From assembly GCA_001949185.1 (NCBI GenBank), contig AP017609.1, positions 1-14,428 of the forward strand: a stretch of 14,428 bases of DNA. The letters are read 5' to 3'. Position numbers and translations under genes: made by a program. This document shows positions 1 to 10,834 of the stretch, one piece after another. Source of the stretch: Ramazzottius varieornatus (Eukaryota > Animalia > Tardigrada). The notes beneath the pieces are model-generated. The model searched no databases. It saw only the letters and a list, made by a program, of their open reading frames with translations, and was not told where the DNA came from. Within the stretch, counting starts at the first letter, position 1; every line of letters starts with the position of its first letter.

Positions 1-1533
<1,533 letters not shown>

Positions 1534-1534
1534 A

Positions 1535-2216
1535 ATGGCTAGCTGAGAGCAATTAAATTTTCAAAACAGATTTTCACCTCTTATAGAGCAATTTATTTTT
1601 TTGCATGACCATATCATATCTATTCTCACACTAATTATACTTATTGTTGGATACAGGCTGAGTAAATTATGCCTTAGCAAATTTAATGTAACTAAACAAA
1701 GAGAAAATCACGAATTAGAAATTTTATGAACTTTTTTGCCAGGAGTATTTTTAATTATTATCGCTTTCCCGTCTTTGCGTTTACTTTACTTATCAGAGGA
1801 AAGAGAAAAATCTCCCTTAAATATTAAGACAATAGGACACCAATGATATTGATCATATGAATACAGAGATTTTAAAGATCTTGAATTTGATGCTTTTATA
1901 AGACCTGTAGAAAAAACCACTTCTTTTCGTTTGCTAGAAACAGATAATCATACCTGCATCCCAACTAACACTCCCATTCAAATATTTGTATCTTCAACAG
2001 ATGTTTTACACTCATGAACCATTCCAGCTATAGGAGTAAAAGCTGATTCCACTCCAGGACGACTGAACATTATCAATATTATTGCAATAAAACCAGGTTT
2101 ATTCTATGGACAGTGTTCAGAAATTTGCGGAACGAACCACAGTTTTATACCCATCACCCTTGACACACGACCAATTTTCTTTTTCAAAGAATGAGTAAAA
2201 ACAATAATTAACAGAT
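1535..2216 (+). CDS. cox2: cytochrome c oxidase subunit II
   Basis: ATG 1535; GHQWYWSYEY, DVLHSW and CuA motif [15 protein letters not shown]; ends with T abutting trnK (or TAA to 2218, overlapping trnK). Confidence 0.98.
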
Positions 2217-2279
2217 AATTTTAAAGCTTTAATGCATCGAGCTTTTAATTCGAAGACACAGAATAGTCTGTTTAAATTA
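2217..2279 (+). tRNA. trnK: tRNA-Lys (UUU)
   Basis: Cloverleaf; anticodon arm TCGAG-CTTTTAA-TTCGA (TTT 2244-2246); T arm ACAGA/TCTGT. Confidence 0.9.
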
Positions 2280-2345
2280 GAAAATTTAATTAAAAAAAAA
2301 TAATATAAAGTTGTCAACTTTAAATTACCAGACTGTAATTTTCTA
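2279..2345 (+). tRNA. trnD: tRNA-Asp (GUC)
   Basis: Acceptor AGAAAAT/ATTTTCT; anticodon arm TAAAG-TTGTCAA-CTTTA. Confidence 0.93.
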
Positions 2346-2503
2346 TACCCCACATGTCAAACTTACCGTGAATAAGAATTTATATCACCATATTTGTTAT
2401 GATAAATCTAATTTTTATAAGTTATTCATCCCCTCTACATAATAGTACCAATAAAAAACTCTCAACAAAATTATTGTCTGAAAAAAACAAATGATTATGA
2501 TAA
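2345..2503 (+). CDS. atp8: ATP synthase F0 subunit 8
   Basis: ATA start, MPHMSNLPW (MPQM-like) ... KWLW*, 52 aa; position between trnD and atp6; 7-nt ATGATAA overlap with atp6. Confidence 0.92.
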
Positions 2504-3156
2504 CAAGACTGTTTTCATCGTTTGACCCCATAAGAGGTTTTTTTTCCATAAATTACCTTTCTTTTTTAACTTTGCTAATAAGACCGATTTGTATAGATTT
2601 CATATTTTTACAAAAAAGTCGAAACAAATTTATCAACTTAGATATATACGCATCAATTGAAAGAGAGTTAAAAAGGACAATTTCAAACTCTTTTAAAAAA
2701 GGAAAAACCAATATTCTTATGGGTGTATTCTTTAGTTTATTGCTTATAAATTTAGCAGGCTTAGTACCTTATGTATTCACAAGAACAGCTCACATAACTG
2801 TAACCCTATCAATGACACTACCATTTTGACTGGGTTTTATTTCATTCAGTCTTATTAATAACACAAACCATTTTTTTAGCCATTTAGTGCCACTAAGCAC
2901 CCCCCTTCCGCTCTCACAATTTATGGTAATCATCGAAAGAGTAAGTCAACTTATTCGGCCAATTACTTTATCAGTGCGATTAGCTGCTAATATAACAGCT
3001 GGACACATTTTAATAGGACTTGCAAGTAGCAACGTGACTATGTTAAACTTATCTAGCAGAATTCTTATCATGCTTATTATTTTAGAAACGGCAGTAGCTT
3101 TTATTCAAAGATATGTATTCACTATTCTAATCTCGATATACATAAATGAAGCCTAA
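2497..3156 (+). CDS. atp6: ATP synthase F0 subunit 6
   Basis: MMTSLFSSFDP...[18 protein letters not shown]...[13 protein letters not shown]; TAA 3154-3156. Confidence 0.98.
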
Positions 3157-3939
3157 TGATCAATCAAAATCATCCCTTTCATTTAGTTTTTAACAGACCA
3201 TGACCTATTTTTACGGGAAGAAGTGTATTAACCATGCTTATCGGAACTGTAAATTGGATATGTACTAAATCCCCCACAATAATAAACATGGGACTCTTAC
3301 TGACAATTTTTAACACCTCCCAATGATGACGCGATGTTTCACGGGAAAGATCTTACCAAGGCTATCATAGGAACTTAGTCATAAATGGGCTTCGATGAGG
3401 AATAATCTTATTTATTACTTCCGAAATTTTGTTTTTCTTTTCGTTTTTTTGAAGGTTCTTTCATAGAAGACTAGCGCCCAACTTGGAATTGGGATTAATA
3501 TGGCCACCCTTAGGAATTGCAGCCATTAACCCATTCCAAGTTCCTCTTTTAAATACTTCAGTTCTTCTAGCAAGAGGAGTTTTTGTAACTTGAGCTCATC
3601 ACGGCTTAATTGAACAGAATAATAAGATTATAAATACAAATATAATAGTAACAGTAGTAATAGGCTTATACTTCACTTCCCTTCAAGCTTGAGAATACTG
3701 AGAATCATCTTACTCAATAAGAGATTCAAGATTTGGAAGAACTTTCTTTCTAGCGACTGGATTTCATGGACTTCACGTTTTAGTGGGAACAATTTTTTTA
3801 TTAGTGTCTCTAATGCGACACAACCTAAATATGTACTCTTTAAACCATCATTTAGGCTTAGAAGCTTCTATCTGATACTGACATTTTGTAGACGTAGTCT
3901 GATTGTTTTTGTATAGTTTTCTTTATTGATGAAGTTATT
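3156..3939 (+). CDS. cox3: cytochrome c oxidase subunit III
   Basis: ATG overlapping atp6 stop (TAATG); [34 protein letters not shown]; incomplete stop T before trnG. Confidence 0.98.
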
Positions 3940-4000
3940 ACACTTTTAATATATTTAGTATATTTGATTTCCAATCAAAAAGTTTGACTCAAACAGTGTA
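3940..4000 (+). tRNA. trnG: tRNA-Gly (UCC)
   Basis: Anticodon arm TTTGA-TTTCCAA-TCAAA; acceptor ACACTTT/ACAGTGT. Confidence 0.92.
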
Positions 4001-4343
4001 ATCATAATTCCTACATTTAGACTTATTGCAATCATTATTATCTTAATAGCCCTCTCCTATGTAATAAAAACTCAAAATCGGGTTAAATGACAGGAAAAAA
4101 TAAGAAATTTTGAGTGCGGATTTGATTCTAACCACACTAACCGAATAGCGTTTTCTTTACGATTTTTTATTATTACAGTAATTTTTTTAGTTTTCGATAT
4201 CGAAATTGCTGTAATTCTTCCGAGCCCCATAGTAGAAGAAAGTCTTTCCATTAAAAGAAGAACAATAATTAATTGAAGATTTTTTACCTTACTATTGGGG
4301 GGCCTAATTTTTGAATGGCAGCAAGGTGCTCTAGAATGATCAT
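4001..4343 (+). CDS. nad3: NADH dehydrogenase subunit 3
   Basis: ATC start; [35 protein letters not shown]; incomplete stop T. Confidence 0.96.
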
Positions 4344-4405
4344 GGGAGTGTATTTAAAATAATAAAATTTAAATTGCAATTAAAAATTGTCAACGACCTC
4401 ACCCA
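4344..4405 (+). tRNA. trnA: tRNA-Ala (UGC)
   Basis: Anticodon arm TTTAA-ATTGCAA-TTAAA; T arm GTC/GAC; acceptor GGGAGTG/CTCACCC with two mismatches. Confidence 0.88.
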
Positions 4406-4458
4406 AAATAAGATATGGTAGTTTCGACCTACTTTTAGATTCATTTAATCCTTATTTA
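4406..4458 (+). tRNA. trnR: tRNA-Arg (UCG), D-armless
   Basis: Acceptor AAATAAG/CTTATTT; anticodon arm GGTAG-TTTCGAC-CTACT; only ATAT in place of the D arm. Confidence 0.9.
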
Positions 4459-4464
4459 TCATAA

Positions 4465-4525
4465 TAAATTGTGACTGAAACAGTGTTTAGATGTTAACTA
4501 AAATCATAAGAAAACTTCAATTTAA
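4465..4525 (+). tRNA. trnN: tRNA-Asn (GUU)
   Basis: Acceptor TAAATTG/CAATTTA; D arm ACT/AGT; anticodon arm TTTAG-ATGTTAA-CTAAA. Confidence 0.92.
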
Positions 4526-4583
4526 AGAATTTAAAATTTAAAGCCGCTAACTTTAATAATTGTGCATAGCATGAAGATTCTTA
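4525..4583 (+). tRNA. trnS1: tRNA-Ser1 (GCU, AGN), D-armless
   Basis: Acceptor AAGAATT/GATTCTT; anticodon arm TTAAAG-CCGCTAA-CTTTAA. Confidence 0.9.
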
Positions 4584-4644
4584 AATAAATAATGTAAACT
4601 AACATATTATAATTTCATTATAAAAATGCCAAAGGTTTTATTTT
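4583..4644 (+). tRNA. trnE: tRNA-Glu (UUC)
   Basis: Acceptor AAATAAA/TTTATTT; D arm ATGT/ACAT; anticodon TTC 4614-4616. Confidence 0.92.
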
Positions 4645-4706
4645 GTAAAAGAAAATTACTTTTATTAGATTCTTCAAATCTAAGCTTTAATATAAGCTAC
4701 TTAAAC
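4644..4706 (-). tRNA. trnF: tRNA-Phe (GAA)
   Basis: Minus strand: D arm GCTT/AAGC; anticodon arm TAGAT-TTGAAGA-ATCTA; acceptor GTTTAAG/CTTTTAC. Confidence 0.92.
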
Positions 4707-6351
4707 AGATGAAAAAAAATAATAAAAAAATAAAAAGTGCAAAAAAATATACCAATCTTCACTCAACAAAAGACATCACAAGAACAGAAGCTGAAGTAAA
4801 AGAAAAAAAAATATTTTGAGGGCCATAAAACTCTCACCAACTCTGGTCTAAAAAACAAAAAATTTTATCAGCTATAATAGTAAATAATTTAACACCTCGA
4901 GCCGTCATGTTTTGATTTAAAACCCATATAAAACTAAAAAAATATAATTTTAAAAAAAAAATTTTTTTTAAGATAAATATATAAGCCAAAGACAAAAATG
5001 CTACTAATATCAAATAAAAAAGTTTTCAAATAGATAATAAATAAGTAAAAAAAAAAAAAAAATTAAAAAAGAACTCTCTTCAAAAAGAACCTATAACAAT
5101 AGAAAAAATAATTAAACTCCAAATTGGCAAAATCAAATACTTCACATTCTCGTACACTCCAGATAAAGATGAACGAAAAGAAGAAAGGGAAATAAGCATA
5201 TAATAAGAAAATCGTAACGAATACAAAATAGTCATAAACACCCCAATTAAAAATAAAATAATAAGCACAAACCTTCTTAATAAAGTATCTAAAATTAAAT
5301 CTTTAGAAAAAAACCCAGATAAAAAGGGAAACCCGCACAAAGACAAAATGCAAACTACAAAAGAAGAAGCAAATAATTTTTTGCCGGAAGAAAAAGGAGA
5401 TATATTACGAAAATCCTGTCTTCTGTCTTCTCTATGAATAACCAGCCCCCCTCTTATAAAAAGAGAAGCTTTAAACAAAGCATGAGTTAATAAATGAAAA
5501 AAACAAAAGATGATTAAACCAGTTGAATAAGAAAGTATTATGAAAGAAAGTTGTCTTAAAGTAGAGTATGCAATAATTTTTTTCATATCTCATTCTAAAT
5601 TAGCTATTGTCCCAGCTATTAATATGGTAAAAACTGAAATAACAATGAGAAAATAAAAAAACTTCAATATCAAAGGACTAAACCGAATCAGAAGAAATAC
5701 CCCAGCCGTTACAAGTGTAGAAGAATGAACTAATGACGAAACTGGAGTGGGGGCTGCTATCGCAGCTGGAAGCCAAGACGAAAAAGGAATCTGGGCTCTC
5801 TTTGTAATAAAAGTAATTAATAAAAAAAAAGCTCCCATTTGTACGAATACTAAAGCTTTATTATCAAAATATGAAAATAATGAAAACAAAGAAAACAAAC
5901 TAAGAGAAAAAAGAAAAAAAATATCTCCGACTCGGTTTATCAAAAAAGTCAATATTCCTGCTACTGAACTGGAAACACTCATATAATAAACCACTAATAA
6001 ATAAGAAACTAAGCCCAAACCGTCTCATCCAAGAAGTAAAAAAAATAAATTAGGACTAAAAATTAAAAAAAACATAGAAATAACAAAACCACTCAACAGC
6101 AAAGAAAACCCCTTTTGCTGAGTATCTCCGTCCATATAAAATTGAGAAAAAAAAAAAATTATAGCAGAAATAAAACTAACAACTGAAGCAAACAAAATAG
6201 AATAAAAATCAATTACAAAAGAAACAGATAAAGAAGTGAAAAAAGAAGTAAACAATTGAAATTCGATAACTGTGACCCCTATACTAAATAAAAAAAAAGT
6301 CATAATAAGGAAAAAAACAAAAAAAAACCCCCTTAGCCATAAAGTCAATAT
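4707..6351 (-). CDS. nad5: NADH dehydrogenase subunit 5
   Basis: [59 protein letters not shown]; in-frame T stop at 4707; start (ATA 6351) uncertain because trnH lies immediately upstream. Confidence 0.97.
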
Positions 6352-6415
6352 TAGTTGGAAAGCCATTTTTGTAACCACAATACAATATTTTACACTTAAA
6401 TTAAACTAATACTTT
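6352..6415 (-). tRNA. trnH: tRNA-His (GUG)
   Basis: Anticodon arm TTGTA-TTGTGGT-TACAA; TAGTTT D-arm start; canonical position between nad5 and nad4; acceptor stem poorly paired. Confidence 0.85.
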
Positions 6416-7730
6416 AAAAAAAATCTAATAGCAAGACTATTAATAATGCAGGCAAAAAATGATATGAAAGAACAAAAAAATTTAAATCTATTTCGACCTG
6501 CAAAATATAGTGCTTCAACCCCAATCCGTGAATCACCACTCTAAACAAATAAATACAAAAAGCTGCCACAACAAAACTTGCTAACCCTAAAACATATATA
6601 TAAGTCAAATCTTTGCCAAAAGATCTGATAAAAACACCCAACTCTCCAACTAATGACAGAAAAGGGGGAGCTGAAAAATTAATTGCTAAAAACAAAAATC
6701 AAAAAGACATAAGTATCCCAAAAAAAATGAACTGACCCCGGTTATTGAAAATTTGACGAGAATAAGATCGCTCATAATGAAAATTTACTAAATAAAAAAG
6801 AGCCCTAGAACAAAAAGCATGAGACATTATAATAATAATTGCAGCTTTTAACCCTATTTGTCTAAAAAAGAAAAACCCCCCAAGCATCACTCCTATATGA
6901 CCAACGGAAGAATAAGCAATTAAAGATTTCATATCCGTTTGTCGCAAACATACTAAACTACTTAATAAAGCACCTCAAAATAAAAAAACCAAAGCAAAAA
7001 AAAAAAAAAAAAATAAAGGCTTTATTAAAGGTGAAACACGATAAAATCCATACAATCTTAACTTTAATAAAACAGCAGCTAAAATTATAGACCCCGAAAC
7101 AGGAGCTTCGACATGAGCCTTAGGGAGTCATAAATGAAAGCCGTAAAGAGGCAACTTAATAAAAAAAGCAATTATTATAGCTAAAAATAATAATAAAACA
7201 AAATTTTCCCTATAGTTTTTTAAATAGTATAATATGAGCCAATCTAACGATAAGTAACTGTAAGTTAACAAAAAAAAAAATAGCAAAGGTAAAGAACCAA
7301 ACATAGTATAAAGAAATAAATAAAAAAAAGCTTGAACACGTTCAACCTGATAGCCCCACCCCAAAATAATAAAAACTAGAGGCACAAGAGAAATTTCAAA
7401 AAAAATGTAAAAAGCCATTAAATCTGAAAACATGACTGAAAAAACAATAAAACTTATGAGAATATATATATACATTTTGTATTTTATGAGAGACACTTTT
7501 AAAATTTTATACTTTTGGCCCAACAAAAATATCAAAGAAAAAAGCCAAAAAGATAGAATGATAAGCAAAAAAGAAATTTTATCAAAAAATAAAATTTCAG
7601 AGATAAAAAAAATAGGACCCCCAGTAAAAATGGTAAACAAAAATAAAACAAAAAGCACAGCCAAATCAACCGCACCTAAGAAAGAAAATATTATTAAAGG
7701 CAAGCTTAATATAATTAATAAAATTAAAAT
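6414..7730 (-). CDS. nad4: NADH dehydrogenase subunit 4
   Basis: [47 protein letters not shown]; ATT start in 7-nt overlap with nad4L; T/TAA stop at trnH. Confidence 0.97.
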
Positions 7731-7996
7731 ACTAAAATACCGAATCTATAAACATAATCTTTTATAGAAGAACGAATAAAATAAACAAAAAGAGTTAAAC
7801 CCAATACAGATTCCCTAGCTGTAATAACTAAAAAAAATAACGTGAACAAAAAAAAATAATTTAAAAAAAAAATTAAAAGCATAAATAAAAACAGCCCCAA
7901 AAACTCTAAAGAAATAAAAATAGAAAGAAGATGATCAAATTTTAATACGAAAAGAAACGCCATATAAATCAATATAAATGAAAAAAGAAAAGAAAT
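7724..7996 (-). CDS. nad4L: NADH dehydrogenase subunit 4L
   Basis: HLLSIFISLEF...ASESVLGLTL; ATT start next to trnT; TAA 7726-7724. Confidence 0.94.
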   Translation of the reverse strand: MSFLFSFILIYMAFLFVLKFDHLLSIFISLEFLGLFLFMLLIFFLNYFFLFTLFFLVITARESVLGLTLFVYFIRSSIKDYVYRFGILVF

Positions 7997-7997
7997 A

Positions 7998-8060
7998 GCT
8001 AAAATAGTTTAAATAAAAACGCAGACCTTGTATGTCTACAATACTTAAAAGTTTTTAACT
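7998..8060 (+). tRNA. trnT: tRNA-Thr (UGU)
   Basis: Anticodon arm AGAC-CTTGTAT-GTCT; acceptor GCTAAAA/TTTTAAC. Confidence 0.9.
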
Positions 8061-8122
8061 TCAGAAAGAAAATCACATCTTAAATCTCCAAAATTTAAAT
8101 TTTATAGTTAAACTATTTCCGA
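8060..8122 (-). tRNA. trnP: tRNA-Pro (UGG)
   Basis: Minus strand anticodon TGG (plus CCA 8088-8090); acceptor TCGGAAA/TTTCTGA. Confidence 0.9.
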
Positions 8123-8123
8123 A

Positions 8124-8586
8124 ATAAAAGAAATCATAATCATAAGAAGAATCACTTTATGATTTTTCAGCCTTTTCCAGCACCCTTTAATTCTAGTAGG
8201 CATTTTAACTGTCCAAAGCGCCCCGGCAATTTATTCCGCTCTACACGCTTCACACAGGGGATGAATAGCTTTTTTATTATTTTTAATTTTTTTAGGGGGA
8301 TTGTTAATTATTTTCGTTTATCTTTCAGCCCTGATTCCTAACGAAATTTTTTTACCCTCCCGCATAGAAAATGCTAGATTTTCTCTCTTAGCATTGCTGC
8401 CAATTTTGTGATCAATAAAAACTATTAAATTTAGCTTTTTTAACCATAGACAGAGGCCAGTAAGAGATTTTGCCCACTTATTTTATCATAATATATTTAC
8501 ATTTATACTGTGTTATTTATTTATTTCTCTTACCGCGACAATATATATCACATCCAAATATAAAACACCAATGAAAAGATCTTATT
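8124..8586 (+). CDS. nad6: NADH dehydrogenase subunit 6
   Basis: ATA start; [32 protein letters not shown]; ends KTPMKSSY plus T directly before the cob ATG (first full TAA is at 8619-8621). Confidence 0.94.
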
Positions 8587-9675
8587 ATGACAAATATACG
8601 AAAAACCCACCCCCTAATTAAAATCATAAATTCTGCTCTAGTGGATCTACCAGCCCCTTCTAATATCACTCACTTTTGAAATTTTGGATCTCTTTTAGGG
8701 GTATGCTTAATAACTCAAATTATTACAGGCATTTTTTTAGCAATACACTACAGATCAAGAATTGACTTAGCTTTTGACTGTATTAGACATTTAATACGAG
8801 ACGTGCAAGGGGGTTGACTAATGCGAGTAATTCACGCCAACGGAGCATCACTATTTTTTTTAGCCTTTTTTATTCATATTGGTCGAGGATTATATTTTAA
8901 ATCATATGTGCTGAATATAACTTGGATCAGAGGAGTAACTATTTTTTTAATATCAATAATAACAGCATTTTTAGGCTATGTCTTACCTTGAGGACAAATA
9001 TCTTTTTGAGGAGCAACTGTAATCACAAACTTATTATCGGCAGTCCCCTATATTGGAACACCTTTAGTGGAATGAGTGTGAGGAGGCTTTTCTGTAAATA
9101 ATGCAACTCTTACTCGATTTTTTTCATTGCACTATTTATTACCTTTTGTCATTAGACTATTAGTAATTGTTCATTTAACTTTTCTCCACGAACAAAAATC
9201 CAGCAACCCATTAGGCCTACGATTGGGGAGGGACAAAATCACTTTTCATCCTTATTTTTCTTTAAAAGACCTAACGTCACTACTTTTAATTATATTCATA
9301 TTCATAATAATTAACTATACTTTCCCATTTTCTTTAATAGACGCAGAAAATTTTATTCCCGCAAACCCTATAGTCACACCCGTGCACATCCAACCGGAAT
9401 GATATTTTCTATTCGCCTATGCTATTCTACGCGCAATTCCTAATAAATTAGGAGGTGTCATAGCACTTCTACTGTCAATCTTAATATTAATTCCTTTAAT
9501 TTTACAATCATCAATAAAACAATTCAACAAAGAAAATCAAAAAAACATGTTTTTTTGATTTTTTGTTATAATTTTTCTAATCCTAACATGATTAGGAATA
9601 AAACCTGTAGAAGAACCTTTTTTAAGAATGAGAATTGTAAGCACATTTTTTTATTTCAGATGATTTTTCATTTAA
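8587..9675 (+). CDS. cob: cytochrome b
   Basis: [60 protein letters not shown]; TAA 9673-9675. Confidence 0.99.
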
Positions 9676-9735
9676 AAACCGCTATCTAATGTTTTGAAAA
9701 CATAAAAAAAGTATTAAATATACTTATCGGTTTTA
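9675..9735 (+). tRNA. trnS2: tRNA-Ser2 (UGA), D-armless
   Basis: Acceptor AAAACCG/CGGTTTT; anticodon arm ATGT-TTTGAAA-ACAT; T arm AAGTA/TACTT; no D stem. Confidence 0.88.
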
Positions 9736-10650
9736 AACTAAAAGGAAAGAAAAAAAAAAAAAAATAAGAACTAAGGGTAAAAACTTTTTTCAAGTTAAAT
9801 ATATTAAATAATCATAACGCAAACGAGGAAATGAAGAACGAAAAATTAAAAATAAAAAAACAAAAAAAGAAAAAAAACAAAAATTGAATAAAAAAGAAAA
9901 GTTCAAAAAAAGAAAAAAAGTACATAAAAGTCTCATTCATAAAATGCTAGCATATTCAGCTATAAAAATTAAAGCAAACTTCAAACCTCCGTACTCTACA
10001 TTAAAACCGGAGACTAGCTCAGATTCTCCCTCAGCCAAATCAAAAGGAGCTCGATTTGTTTCAACAACACATGAAATAAAAAAAACTACTGCCAAAGGAA
10101 AAAGAAAAAAAAAAAATCTAAAATAAGTATGAAAATTATAAATTTCAAAAAAACTGTATGAAACAAAAAAAAAAACTAAAGACAAAAAAATAAAAGCAAG
10201 AGTGATTTCGTAAGAAACAGTTTGAGCAACAGTACGCAGACCCCCTATCAAAGCATATTTAGAATTAGAAGACCATCCTGAAAAGATCACGCCATAAACT
10301 CTTAAACTAATACAACACAAAAAAAATAAAAGAGAAAATTTAAAATCAAGATAACCAGAAAACCTAAACAAAGAAACCCATAACAGTATAGTAATAACAA
10401 AACCCAAAATTGGAGAAAACCAATAAAGCAAAAAATTTGAAGACACAGGAACTATTTCTTCTTTGGAAAACAATTTCAATGCATCCGCAAAAGGTTGAAG
10501 AAGACCGACAAAACCAAGTTTATTGGGACCTTTACGAAGTTGCCTGTATCTTAGCACCTTACGTTCAACTAGTGTTAAAAAGGCAACAGCAACTATAACA
10601 AAAATTAAAACCTGAAAATAGTAAACAGAAACATCAAATATAAAGAGTAT
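9733..10650 (-). CDS. nad1: NADH dehydrogenase subunit 1
   Basis: [59 protein letters not shown]; ATA start 10650 (alternative 10641); TAA 9735-9733. Confidence 0.98.
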
Positions 10651-10712
10651 TTTTAGAAAAATAAAATTTATATTTGAATTTTAAATTCAAAGCACTAATC
10701 TGCCACACTAAA
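10651..10712 (-). tRNA. trnL2: tRNA-Leu2 (UAA)
   Basis: TGGCAGATTAGTGC D arm; anticodon arm TTGAA-TTTAAAA-TTCAA. Confidence 0.93.
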
Positions 10713-10827
10713 CTACTTTAAGAAAATGTAAATTTATATACTACCCTATCAAGATAGTCCTTTTTCAGGCATCTTAAAGTGTATAAAATACATTTTTAAA
10801 TCCTAAATTTAACACACTAATCTGCCA
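10693..10827. repeat. 13-bp direct repeat CACTAATCTGCCA (shared D arm of trnL2 and trnL1)
   Basis: Exact copies at 10693-10705 and 10815-10827. Confidence 0.9.
10716..10778 (-). tRNA. trnI: tRNA-Ile (GAU), inverted and translocated
   Basis: Minus strand: acceptor TTTAAGA/TCTTAAA; TGCCTGAAAAAGG D arm; anticodon arm CTATC-TTGATAG-GGTAG. Confidence 0.93.
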
Positions 10828-10834
10828 ACAAAAA
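10773..10834 (-). tRNA. trnL1: tRNA-Leu1 (UAG)
   Basis: TGGCAGATTAGTGT D arm; anticodon arm TTAAA-TTTAGGA-TTTAA; T arm GTAT/ATAC; 3' acceptor strand overlaps trnI. Confidence 0.92.

Noticed and set aside
2210-2273. Alternative T-armless fold of trnK using AACAGAT/GTCTGTT as acceptor
   Set aside because: A full cloverleaf at 2217-2279 fits better and abuts the cox2 stop.
3453-3455. AGG reassigned to Lys as in some arthropods
   Set aside because: AGG sits at a small-residue position in a cox3 membrane helix and trnK has UUU; Ser is more consistent, though only a few sites were inspected.
5080-7703. Apparent fragmentation or pseudogenisation of nad5 and nad4 (and cob, nad2, atp6) in the ORF track
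   Set aside because: Breaks fall on in-frame TGA codons, which are Trp in this code (trnW has UCA); the fragments share one frame. No sign of a decayed NUMT.
7432-7767. Lys/Asn-rich plus-strand ORFs (also 5747..5986, 9884..10126, 10410..10598) and minus-strand ORF 13315..13653
   Set aside because: Antisense to nad genes; explained by strand composition bias.
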